Source: Ostreococcus lucimarinus (Eukaryota). From it: DNA of 64,000 nucleotides. Both the position numbers and the translations under genes were made by a program. The notes beneath the pieces were generated by a model. The model saw only the letters and a program-made list of their open reading frames with translations, had not been told where the DNA came from and made no database searches. This document shows positions 52,258 to 62,800 of the stretch, in pieces. Position 1 is the first letter of the stretch; every line of letters begins with the position of its first letter. The stretch lies in the NCBI GenBank assembly GCA_000092065.1, contig CP000582.1; one strand, written 5' to 3'.

Positions 52258-52513
52258 GACCGCCTGTTGATAATCGTAGGAAATTTTTTACACAAGTGAC
52301 GCGATATGGTGCGATGCGATCTGGCGCGCATAGTACGTTTCTGTACTTGTGTAGCATAACGATGTGACAACTGTGCTACTTGATAGGAAATACTTCGGAA
52401 GTACGTAAGCGGGCGAAACTTTTATAGTTCGTGTGTGCCTTAGGAAGCATATTGTCTGCAAGGAAATGATTTAATGTGCTCGTTTTACACTATCTATACC
52501 AAGTAAATGCTAT

Positions 52514-55258
52514 CTAGTCGTAGGTCTTCTTCAGATAGCTGATGATATCGACACTCTCGAATAACGAGATCCCGGTGTTCGGATCTTCAAGATAAGGTAC
52601 TTGAAATATACCGGTGCGATTGAGAAGCAAACTCCTTCTTGGGCTACCGCGTGCACATGGACGAAAAACATAAGAAATTCCCCGCTCGTTCAGAGCTTTT
52701 CGCACTAGAGCGCAAAATGGAGAAGCTTCGTAACCCCAAAAAATCAAAGGCTGCTCACCTGCACGTGAAGTACGCCGATGCGAAGCATCATTGATCTTTG
52801 ACGCTTGAGCGAACCTCTGAAACAATGAGACAAGAGAAGCTGGTTCTTCGCCATCCAGATACTCCTGATAGAGATACTGAATGATGCCGTCAGCACCTTT
52901 CACAGCGATGTCGTCGTTTCGATCATCTCGTAGGAAAGGGACTACTTCAGACCCAAGTTCAACACCCTGTAGAATCGCTAACTCGGAGCTATTCGAACAC
53001 GACGCGGTAGGACACGGTTTGCACAAGTAACTCACGTCACAAATACTCAAAACCTCTCGTACAAGCCGACAGGAGTCGTCATCCTCGACGTCATAAAGTG
53101 TCAGCGTTGGTGGAGCTGGCGTAGCGTCGGCACGTTCTTTGACTGCCTCTCTCAGACGGTGGCTACCAAGCTTGCTGACCTCCAAAAACCGTAGTCCAGC
53201 GCCTCTCACGAAAGCGTACTCTGTAACGTTTTCACGCGCGATGCGTGGGGACCAACCGTGTACAAACAGACCCAAAGCAACTCGAGAGAGCCCTTTCCAA
53301 ACAGCCTCGAGAAGCTCTCCTCGCTGCGACTGTTCGAAGGCAAACATCTTTGGCTCATTAACTTGAAAATTCGCACTGAGTGCTTCAAATGCTACTGCTG
53401 TGTCTTCAAATGTTGCACCTGGGTATTTTAGATCCGCCCGCCACATGCAATGAGCCCCATATGGCACTCTTTCGGGCAGAAGAATTGTTGCTACGGGACC
53501 AGCCTCTACATCTTGTGCATCAATTATGACGCACTCGGTGCGCCCATTAACGTCTGTTGCTGTATAGCTCTCATCATGAACGTACATAACTAACCAGCCA
53601 TCATCTTCATCTACACCTCCTGGTCTTCCAACAAACTGGGCTTCCATACCGTAACGGTTTGGACCATGCTCATAAGTGACCGTCTTCTGCTCTTGCATAT
53701 CAATTTTCACGACTGCGTCAAACTTGAGCTGAGTGGTCGATTCCAACTCTGACAAAAGGACTCGCCCGGCGTAGGCGTACCTGTTTCGCCTTCCAACAAA
53801 TGCGTCGTTGATGCGTGGGGTTTCTAAAGGAATACTAAATAGATATCTTTCTGTGACCTTTCCAGTGACAAGATTTATTCTCCATTCATGAACTTTTGGA
53901 ATCTTGCCAACTCGCACGGCCTCTTTGATCCACTCACTTGAACCGTTAGCGCGCATCGCCTCTTGGAAAAAGCCGTCTTCACGAATTCCAGTAATGACTA
54001 TCAACTGCTCATTCCTTTCATTTTTTTCCTCCCACGAATTGATGAAGTGGTATACCATTTGTGACGAGCTACAATTAAACCAAGTCACGCTTGTTGACTG
54101 TGCATCTCTATTCAACACTCCAAAACGCGCCCGCTTGTCTTCGTTATACTGAAGAGGGTGTTTCCCTAGCAACTGTCGAACAGGCTTGATATCCATGCTG
54201 CCTTCAAAAAGAACCGTAAAATGCTCAGTTACACAGAAATCGTGCATGAAAATGCTACCAACAAACGGGATAGACCAAAGCGAGTTGATGCTCGAGATTG
54301 TACCATCTGGCTTCAACGTACCCACAGAGCAATGTGGCGGTGAGACTGGATTGAAACCAAAGAAAATAAGTTCACCGGTTGACGGTAACACTTTTGGATG
54401 CGCAGTGAAAGGAACGTAAGGAGGTAGTTTGCCATCAAACGTACATGCTGAAATTGTTTCGAGGGTATCTGGATCAAGTTCCCAAGGCGGACAGGTATCC
54501 TGTAGCGCGAACGTCCTACCAGCAAAATGGAGAAGCGCCGTATTTGCACTGTCTTTCATAAACATTCCACCCGTGATGAGGTTGGAAAGTGCATTTGCCA
54601 GAAATGTTCCACCGTCAGCATTCATGAGTGGTCTAAATATGCGTTTTCCGCTTTCAATCTCACGCTTCCAGCTAGACGTCCGAATAAAACGATTTCTAAA
54701 TTTAACTCTGTTGCCAGTGCAAAAGTCTACAGCGTAGATCATACCATCACCCTCGAACCAATGATGCCAGCCTGATCCTAAACCAAAATCTACTTGCCCT
54801 GGACCTGCACCCCAACGCTTGTAGTGATCAACAGCAAACTTTGGATTGGGGCCTACGTACGCGTACTGACCGAGTGGAAAATCGCTTGGAATTTTACCGT
54901 TAATTTTCATCGTCGAAGAATCATCACCAGCTTGCGCATCATAATCGCAACAGGCCGTGACTTCCTGTCCTACCGGATAATAGTTTCCAGAAAGAAAAGC
55001 GGCACCATGTTCGCCGTATTCCACTGGATCTAGAAGTTGATACGACGTAGAAGCGGCGGCAGAAATATAGCCTGTATCCTCATCACTCGAAGGCTGAATT
55101 GAATCTATTTCTTGGATCGTTCTCGTAGACAAATCTGTTTCCGTTTGTACTCGAAGTATAGAGGACACACGCCTTGTCTGCAAACTAAGAAGACAGCTCT
55201 TGCGGCGGTATGTTTTATAGTAGCGCACAGGAGCGTTGTGTGCCGATAGTGAGCCCAT
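52514..55258 (-). CDS. Carotenoid cleavage dioxygenase (RPE65/CCD family) fused to two C-terminal glutaredoxin/GST-N-like thioredoxin-fold domains; 914 aa, intronless
   Basis: Single ORF in the track. CCD His motifs: HWFEGDGMIYAVDF, FTAHPKVLPSTGELIFFG, FMHDFCVTEHFTV, PYGAHCMW. The C-terminus reads ASPFCALVRKALNERGISYVF...IFQVPYLEDPNTGISLFESVDIISYL, a CPFC-type site plus a cis-Pro and ES..I..YL. The N-terminus is basic and hydroxyl-rich, consistent with a transit peptide. Confidence 0.8.
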   Translation of the reverse strand: MGSLSAHNAPVRYYKTYRRKSCLLSLQTRRVSSILRVQTETDLSTRTIQEIDSIQPSSDEDTGYISAAASTSYQLLDPVEYGEHGAAFLSGNYYPVGQEVTACCDYDAQAGDDSSTMKINGKIPSDFPLGQYAYVGPNPKFAVDHYKRWGAGPGQVDFGLGSGWHHWFEGDGMIYAVDFCTGNRVKFRNRFIRTSSWKREIESGKRIFRPLMNADGGTFLANALSNLITGGMFMKDSANTALLHFAGRTFALQDTCPPWELDPDTLETISACTFDGKLPPYVPFTAHPKVLPSTGELIFFGFNPVSPPHCSVGTLKPDGTISSINSLWSIPFVGSIFMHDFCVTEHFTVLFEGSMDIKPVRQLLGKHPLQYNEDKRARFGVLNRDAQSTSVTWFNCSSSQMVYHFINSWEEKNERNEQLIVITGIREDGFFQEAMRANGSSEWIKEAVRVGKIPKVHEWRINLVTGKVTERYLFSIPLETPRINDAFVGRRNRYAYAGRVLLSELESTTQLKFDAVVKIDMQEQKTVTYEHGPNRYGMEAQFVGRPGGVDEDDGWLVMYVHDESYTATDVNGRTECVIIDAQDVEAGPVATILLPERVPYGAHCMWRADLKYPGATFEDTAVAFEALSANFQVNEPKMFAFEQSQRGELLEAVWKGLSRVALGLFVHGWSPRIARENVTEYAFVRGAGLRFLEVSKLGSHRLREAVKERADATPAPPTLTLYDVEDDDSCRLVREVLSICDVSYLCKPCPTASCSNSSELAILQGVELGSEVVPFLRDDRNDDIAVKGADGIIQYLYQEYLDGEEPASLVSLFQRFAQASKINDASHRRTSRAGEQPLIFWGYEASPFCALVRKALNERGISYVFRPCARGSPRRSLLLNRTGIFQVPYLEDPNTGISLFESVDIISYLKKTYD

Positions 55259-55513
55259 GTTGCGCTATTACCTGATGCAGGTAGTAGTCGAACGCTGTGG
55301 ACGTTTTTTGCGTGATAATCAGTACACAGAGCAGCCACTATCTTGAGTTGCACGATCCACGTGTTCCAAAGACTTTCGAGAGAGAGTCTGAGCGAACAGG
55401 TTATACCGGATGCTTCGTAGATTGAGGCACCAAATGTTGGATTCTAGCTCAAGCGATACTCTATGGTAGACCGACAAAAAGAGGCCGACAAAAGTGATAA
55501 GATGCAATCAGCC

Positions 55514-55548
55514 AACACTCACCACTCACCACTCACCACTCACCACTC
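55514..55548. repeat. (CACTCAC)n microsatellite, ~4.6 copies, in the divergent intergenic region
   Basis: Visible directly in the sequence. Confidence 0.9.
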
Positions 55549-56016
55549 GGGCTTCGAACGTACCGCGAGTTTGAAGATCCAAGGATGTTTTTACTACGGT
55601 GTCACAAGACGACTGATCACCGTCGCCCACACGACTGCCCGACTTCCACGCGACGTCGTCGTGTGCAAACGTGAACTCGCGCCGTGAGCAAGCCTATCCC
55701 CAGCGATTGGATATCACATCATTTTCGAACAAGCGCACAAGCAGCGATCTATCACTTTTATCTCATCGCCGTATTTAACTTCTACTAAGTATATCATATC
55801 TCGGCACAAAATCTGAATCTTTCCGTCTTTCCAGTCTTTCTTGTTCGTAAACGGACGTGCTTACTAACACGAGCCACGCTACGATACAACCGAACGCGTA
55901 TCCGCGATGCTCCGAATGGTATACTCTAACAAGCACCATACTCTCCGGTAATCGCTTCAAAGCCGCTCCTGACGTGCACCGAGCTCACCGAGCTCACCGA
56001 AGCGGAGCGCGTCAAC

Positions 56017-56862
56017 ATGCGTCCTTGCTCCTCCCAGCCACTTTCGAAACCGCCGTTTGGGAAGGACGGCTTTTCGAAATATTGGACAAAACATCGACCT
56101 TTGAAACTTCCAAAACGTGCTCGGCATGCATGTAGAGTGCTCAGCCCACTGGAGCGCTTAGAAGAACTCGGAACTCGACGTTTTGGTGTCATCTTTGAAC
56201 TTGAAGGTATTATAGTGCCCAGTTGTGCAAAAGCAGACCGAGAAGAGTGGCAACAGATAGCGCGTGAGGAAGGCCTCGAACAACCTGCTGAGTATCAACT
56301 CCGGGCGGCTCTTCGGAAGAAGACAGATCATGCGGTCTCTCGCGTATTCAACTGGGCATCCGAGCCACAGCAAGTGCGGTTCTTGACTCAGCGCAAAAGC
56401 GCACTTTTCTGCAAAAGAACGGAAACCACTGATCACAGAGCCCATGAGCATGTTCTAGCATTTTTGCGGCTACTCGATGGCTTCGACGTGCCCTGTGCTA
56501 TTTATTCTTCACAACTCTCGAGCGAAGAGCTAACAGTTTTGTTGCGTCGTTTGCAACTGACAGGGTACTTCAAGACGGAATCAGTGATAGGTCGTGACGA
56601 CGTACAAAGTGGCTTACCAGACACTGAATACTATTTAGTTGCAGCGCGTGCGCTTTTTCGACCGATCTCCAAATGTATTGTCATAAGTGACCACCACCTC
56701 GCAATCGAAGCTACGACTGAAATAGGAATGAAGTGTGTAATTGTCAATGGCGTCGACTCTACCTGGGAGTTGAGAGGTGCAAACATGGTTGTGCCGTCGT
56801 TAGAGTGGATATCGTTTAGGAACTTACAAAATATTTTTAGCTTAGATGTATACGAAAGTTAG
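56017..56862 (+). CDS. HAD-superfamily hydrolase-like protein (CbbY/beta-phosphoglucomutase-like); motif I is degenerate (FELEG rather than FDxDG)
   Basis: 281-aa ORF. GVIFELEGIIV at the motif I position and KCIVISDHHLAIEATTEIGMKCVIV resembling motif IV. Possible N-terminal presequence. Confidence 0.5.
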   Translation: MRPCSSQPLSKPPFGKDGFSKYWTKHRPLKLPKRARHACRVLSPLERLEELGTRRFGVIFELEGIIVPSCAKADREEWQQIAREEGLEQPAEYQLRAALRKKTDHAVSRVFNWASEPQQVRFLTQRKSALFCKRTETTDHRAHEHVLAFLRLLDGFDVPCAIYSSQLSSEELTVLLRRLQLTGYFKTESVIGRDDVQSGLPDTEYYLVAARALFRPISKCIVISDHHLAIEATTEIGMKCVIVNGVDSTWELRGANMVVPSLEWISFRNLQNIFSLDVYES

Positions 56863-56885
56863 TGCCCTTGCGAAATATAACACTA

Positions 56886-58480
56886 TCAATCACCCAGCTG
56901 ACGTTTCGCCAGCACCTTCAGTTGGTGTGTATTAGTCGCGAGAGCACGACAACCGTAGCAACATACCTTTGCACCAAGAAGACCAACGTTTGGAGTTTTT
57001 ACGGCGATCAAGGGGAATGAGGCGACGACATTGCGCATGGAGGGATTGCAGTTTTCGAACGCAGTAGTTAGTGAACCATCCATGAGCAGAGGTAAAATCT
57101 TGGGGGGAATACCACCAGCTATGTACACTCCACCGGTTGCGAGAACGCGTAGGGCAGCACTTGAACACTCCGAACCCTGAATAGAGTCAGATGAAGTCAT
57201 ATTGATGGAGCTTATCGCTTACCAGGATTTCAAGAAACATTTTCAAAGTCGTGCGGCAAGTTTTGCAACTATTTGCAAGTGCCCTTGTTGCAATCTTCAG
57301 CAGTGTTCAGCACGATTGTACTTCAAAGATGCTAAAGAAACTTCACCTCCGCGGGTTCTATGTCATCGGGTTTCGTATGAATTGATTTGCAAAGAAACTC
57401 ATAAATCCTCCTTAGTCCTGGACCACTGCAAACTTGCTCTACTTCACAGACCTACGCAGACACTCAGGTACAAACGCAAAGCTTGAAGCGTACTTTTGAA
57501 TTTTCATACCTTGTAATTTTTTGCCCACATATACTTAAGAAGCTACGACATAATCAGCATGGGATAAATATCATTGTCATCATGCGCAAACCTCGATTTG
57601 AACTTCATTTTTTGGTGCAAACGGTGCATGTGAACCCTGAACACGAGTAAGTGAGTCCCTCTTCGAACTTTTTAGAGACGCACTTCAGTTGAAATAATAG
57701 AATACGCTTCATTTGCGTCGTTCCAGATAAGAAAAGCCTCCTTCGAGATAACAGTTGGTATTTTAATATGCGCTGAAAAGGTACAACACTCACCCCTAGA
57801 CCTGTTCCTGGTCCTACGATGGCTATGGGCCCGTGTTGTCTGTAAGATTGTCATGAGATCATTTATGCGACTGTAGCACCGCATCGTACACTGGTTCGAT
57901 GTCATTCAACTTCGCAAGCTGGGACGGGTCTAAGCCTGTGATTCCGTGACCAACCGCGGCAAAGTCGTTCAGAACAGAAACTTTTGGAATATTAAACGAC
58001 TGCTGTACTTGAGCACCGTTCACTTGCCACTTTAAATTTGTCATCTATGACGAAGCTATTTAGACGAAACTGGTTGATACTTAGACTCAATTTACCTCGC
58101 AGCAGTTGTTTTCTACTGGACCCGCAACGGCGAAACAAGAAGAGTCGAAGTGGTCAAGTCCAGAGTCCTGTGAATGCGTAGTGAGCTTACGACGAAAAGA
58201 GCAGTGTGTTGTCGTACGTGACAGAATACATTTAAACATTTGTCAAACGCGTCGAAGGAATTAGTGCTGTACGTCTAATATCGCGGTGTGAGGCAGCGCA
58301 TTACCAATTATACGACTAAAAAGTACCTTCTCGAACAGTAACTCATCGTCGACGCCTTCCATAGATATTGCCCAAGCCTGTTGGTTGACACGTCTTTCTC
58401 AGCGTAAAGCACTTACGAAACGACAAACCTGGAACCGAGCATTCGTGCCACCGATATCAGCTGCGATTATCGTATAGCTC
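56886..58480 (-). CDS. Glucokinase of the bacterial Glk family (PF02685-like); multi-exon with >=7 short GT-AG introns. Exon boundaries are approximate.
   Basis: Exon peptides match E. coli Glk in order: IIAADIGGTNARFQV (~58440-58480), CFAVAGPVENNCCE, MTNLKW...VLNDFAAVGHGI (57859-58044), IAIVGPGTGLGV (~57795-57840), GSHAPFAPKNEVQIE (~57585-57630), VCEVEQVCSGPGLRRIYEFLCKS...AEVK (~57341-57451), IATRALANSCKTCRTTLKMFLEIL (~57223-57294), and GSECSSAALRVLATGGVYIAGGIPPKILP...GLLGAK (56886-57176). Introns of 46 and 47 nt carry gtaagc..cag and gtttct..aag. The first ATG was not located. Confidence 0.75.
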
Positions 58481-59528
58481 TATTCTATTGGCTTAGTGGC
58501 ATGATTTAAGGGCATATTAAACGTACGTGGCTCATCGTCAACCGTCTACCGGGTTTGTTTGTTTGCGTTCGGTGCGCGAAAGAGACTTGTTTGCAGTTTT
58601 GTAAACGTGAGATGAACTTTCTATGCGTCGACACGTTCGTCCACATGCCGAATTGTCGAAGACGTGCACTTCTGTGAGCGTCGAACGGGTACGCCGCACG
58701 TTTTTGAGCGCGCGGTTTTTTCCGCTAGGCCTGCAGCACTGGGTACAGGAATTTCTGTACCCTTGTACCCTTGTACCTTAAGTTTTGTATGGGCAAACAG
58801 TCTAAAACCAGAGGTTTTGGGTACGTACCAGAAAATTCCTGGTACAGGTCATCTTGAGCCCTCAATATTGTAGCTCGCGCTTCGCGGCGCGAAACGGGGC
58901 GACGGCGGGTGAAATTCACGTCAAGACCGCAAAAAACGCGACGAGCGACGCGCGCGCGAACGCGAGGGCGCGACCGGGGTTTACGAGCGCGGGTTTGCGC
59001 GCGACGTGTTTGAAATTTGAAATGATGATTGAGCAAGCGGCAGACGTCCACGCTCGATGTCGACGTCGAATACCGACGACGCGGGCGCCGCGCCGAGGCG
59101 CGTGGATGACGGTGCGGAAGATAACGCGCTGCGCCCGTGGTGGACGTGCGGCGCGCAGATCCCGTGATAGATGCTGACAGCGATGGTGATGGAATTGGAG
59201 ACGTTGAAATCCTCTCGTCAGACGACGAGAATTTGGATGAGTACGTAAAAGGCCCAGACGAGCTCGTCATGCTACCACGTGTAAACGTTTCGGATCAAAT
59301 GGAAGTACTGCTTCTGGGCAGCCTTGGTGCAAACGTGCCGGTGCGTGATGATGATTCACGTCCCGCTCGGGACAAGACAAAGGAAACTTTTGCACACAAG
59401 GCAGCTTACAAGGTATTAGGACGTCAGGAGAAGGAGCGACGAAGTAAGAGTAGAAAGTTGAATTAATAGATAGACTGTGCGCGCGAAGTGCGTCGGTTCT
59501 CGCGCGGCTCTCGTCGATTCGTCACCTC

Positions 59529-59567
59529 CGTACCAGCTCGTACCAGCTCGTACCAGCTCGTACCAGA
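59529..59567. repeat. (CGTACCAGCT)4 minisatellite within a GTAC-rich spacer
   Basis: Seen directly. Related GTAC-rich inverted repeats lie at 58735-58855. Confidence 0.85.
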
Positions 59568-59744
59568 CGATTCATACTGTTTACCCATACGACTGGCGCG
59601 TTCGGACATTCGGACAGGTACGTGGGTACGTACCGGGAAATCGCGGGTACGGGATTGCTGCACCACTATTTTCCGCGCAAGCGATCGTGCACCACCTTTG
59701 CTTGACACGATTACATATACGCGTAGCGCGTCACCACACGCCAT

Positions 59745-59816
59745 GCACCATTAGTCCAACGGTTAGGATATGAGCCTTCCAAGCTCGAGACCCGGGTTCG
59801 ACTCCCGGATGGTGCA
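59745..59816 (+). tRNA. tRNA-Gly (anticodon UCC)
   Basis: 72-nt cloverleaf. Acceptor stem gcaccat/atggtgc. D-arm gtcc/ggat. Anticodon stem tgagc/gctcg with loop cTTCCaa (TCC at 59778-59780). T-arm ccggg-ttcgact-cccgg. Discriminator a. No encoded CCA. Confidence 0.85.
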
Positions 59817-59890
59817 CTACTCACCATCGGTGGTTCACGACTCACCAACCTTGAGGGGCACTGACATGCTCAGGGAGGTTATATATTTTA

Positions 59891-62800
59891 GTTGTACTAG
59901 GGATTTCGAAAATAATGTATGAGGGTAAAATAGTGAATTTAATTAACCTCGACGTCTTGTCGCGCCGCTTCGCGCCGCGCGCGCGTCCGGGCGGCGCGGA
60001 GTCTACCGATCTTTCCGCGTATCGTGATATCCGACCGTTTAAGTTTGAATTCTGTGCGTGGGTGTTGACGGAACACGACCGTTGGAGCTCGATGGGCACG
60101 TTAACTTTTGGGCCAGATTCTGTCGCGTATGACGCCCCCTCGCGCGCGCCGAAGCGCGTCTCCGACCGTGTCGACGGCACGGAAAGGTTGTAAGAAGGCT
60201 TCTCAGCGATCTTCAGCCTCGCTGGGAGGAGCAGGGTCAACGACGGCTCCCGCTTGCGACGACGAAGATGGGCGCGCTCAAGTGGCCAAAGATGCTCGTG
60301 AGGTCGCCGTTTCTTTGCTCGCGAACAAACGTCGCCGGGAGGTTTCTGGCCAGGTAATGGCAAAAGTGACAGCTACGACGTTATTCCTCGACACCGTGAG
60401 CTTCAAAACAGAGTTGATAAAACAACACGCGTTCCTGAACCGCGTGAGGAAGCTGCTGAAAGACAAGGATGTGAAGCGAGACGCGCGCGCGTTGGTCACT
60501 GAAGAGTGCGCTTCGACATCAGATCAGTCCGAAAACACTGTGCACGTCACCGCTGATGTCGCACGCACACGCCGTGAAGAGCGGAGCCGAAATCCGCACC
60601 CCTTCTACGTCGAAGTAGTGCATGCATTAAGTCGCGGGGACATCTCGGCGACGCAGGCTGTCCATGAGTTGCAGCAGGTTGGCGTACGAGTCACCAAAGC
60701 GTTTTTGAAACGCGTGTGCACGGCTCAGTCGTTCCGGGATGACATTCCCCATTACTCCGAGTGCGAAGACGGCCGCGGCAGACCAAGTGCACTCAGCAAC
60801 GCATACTTGGACCAGCTCGCAAAAATTGTGAAGCATTACATTCGAGTTGGGATATCACTGAGTCAAGAGACGATTTTGTCGATGGCTAAAAACTTCTATC
60901 GCGACGAGCATCACGCAGATCCTTCTGATAAAACGTTCGGATCCGCGTGGTTCTATCGATTTCTCAATCGCCATGGCATTGACACTTCTCTGTACAATCC
61001 CCAGGATGCCTTGAGACTCAACGCCGCAACGGAGCACAACGTCAGCAATTACTACCAGCGCGTGGCCCAAACAGCAGTCAGTAATGGCTTCGCGACATGG
61101 AATGCCGACTTCGACGCGAACGATAGGAGTAGTGAGATGATCATTTGGAACGAAGAAAAGAAGAGCCGCGTGTTCACGTTCGACGAGGCGAAGGTGATGC
61201 TTGCCTATGAGAAAGGCGTGCGCGGAGTGAGAATGTTGGTCATCAAGGGCGAAGACAACCGCAGATCGGCTGTCACAGCGAACGATGCATTCGCAGCATC
61301 CGTCATGGGATGTAGAAACCTCGCTGGCGAGTCCTTGGCGCCTTACTTTGTGTGCACGACGCAGCCAAATGTCGAAGATGGTTTTGAAATCCCTGGAACT
61401 ATCACCGATACGACGACGGGTGCGTGCCAACAAGCCCAATGGATACGAGGAACGAAGAAGGGTTCATTCGACGGATTCGCATTCGCGACTTGGCTGAAGG
61501 ATCATCTCGCGCCGTGTGTTCCCGATTTGTCGCCGGAGAATCCGGCCATGGTGATTTGTGACGGATGTTATGCTCACACAGTCGACGAGGTGCTTGAGAT
61601 TTGTGCAGCAATGGGGATTCTCATGGTCATTCTGCCGCCTCATTGCACGCATATCCTGCAAGGCGAAGATTTGTACCACTTTGGTGTGTTTAAAGGTGCG
61701 TTTCGCGTCGAGCGTGCTGAAATCGAAGCGATGAAACAACTCGCCGCCGCGTGGTTCATCAAGCTCTTCGAGAACGGCGTCGCTACTTCTTTCGGACAGC
61801 GAGAGTTTTGGTACGCGGTTAAGGAGGCATGGAAAGGCGCTTGGACGAAACAGGCTGTCGAGAAAGGATTTAAAATGCAAGGATTGGTCCCTTTTAATCG
61901 AGCTCCACTCTGGAAAAACTTCCCGAACCATGAACGCAAGGAGCCGCAGCGCTCGACACCGGACAAGGAATCTCAAGTTGAAGCTGCCGAGCGGTGCGTT
62001 GAGCGCATGTCCATACCAGGAGCGCCCGGACTGCGAGTTATCGCACAATCTAGCGACTCGACATTCGATGTGACGTTTGATGGTAGTCCAGAGTCGTTCG
62101 CACGGGCGCCCCTGAACATGATGAAGCTGGACGAAGTGTACAAGAGCCTTGTTGAAAATCCGAGTAACCATAGTATGAACGACGAGCACTTGAACGTTAT
62201 GAAGCAGCTCATTCTCGAAAAGCAAGAAAACATCACAAAGAACATCGTGACGACGACCCGGAAACAGAGAAGTACACGCAGACACGATCGCTATGATGAA
62301 GCGACTGCTCCAGCCATGGCCCGCCTGCTCGCCGCTCGACAGAAGAGAGAGAAAACGAAGAAGAGAACGCACGACGCAGCTCAAGATGGATGCGACGCTC
62401 GGTTCAAGGACAACACGGATGATATTCAATTTCTTGCGGCGCTTCATAAACGCCTGGACGACAACGGATCACTCGAGAAATCTCTTACAAGAGCTGAACT
62501 CATGAAGGTGATGCGCGCGAAGCGAATTCCACTGCCACAAGGACCGACCGCTGATATCTTGAGAGATAAGTTGAAAGAGGTTGACGAGCGGCTCTATGAA
62601 GCAAACATAGAATGTACAAGAGTTGCGAACGCGCGGTGGCCCAAAAGAGCACGTCACGCGTCGTCAGTCGACGATGCAAACGTAAGGTGCGAGGTGAAGT
62701 ACCATCCAAGTGGCGTCCGAGTACAACTTATAACGGACTAAAAGAACACGTGAAAGACTCGAACACACAACCGGGCTGCAAATATCGATAGAAAACACTA

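Noticed and set aside
52129-52257. An earlier FPGQG-like motif (YFPGQGFPY) near the PKS N-terminus as the AT start
   Set aside because: Its spacing to GHSQG (~210 aa) is wrong. The second motif, FNFAGQG, lies the canonical ~80 aa upstream and is the real AT N-terminal motif.
57795-57860. A 21-nt gtgagt...ttttcag segment right after GPGTGLG as an intron
   Set aside because: It is too short and gives the wrong phase. The exon probably continues a few codons (GVSVV), and the true splice sites nearby could not be fixed by eye. This is left unresolved rather than called.
58725-59466. ORFs 58725..59270 (-) and 59137..59466 (+) in the track
   Set aside because: Both are low-complexity Arg/Ser/Ala-rich translations of the CG-rich island. 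They overlap each other, have no motifs, and are likely non-coding.
59842-60363. 173-aa minus-strand ORF overlapping the transposase 5' end
   Set aside because: It is antisense to a well-supported DDE transposase ORF and consists of low-complexity Pro/Arg-rich text.
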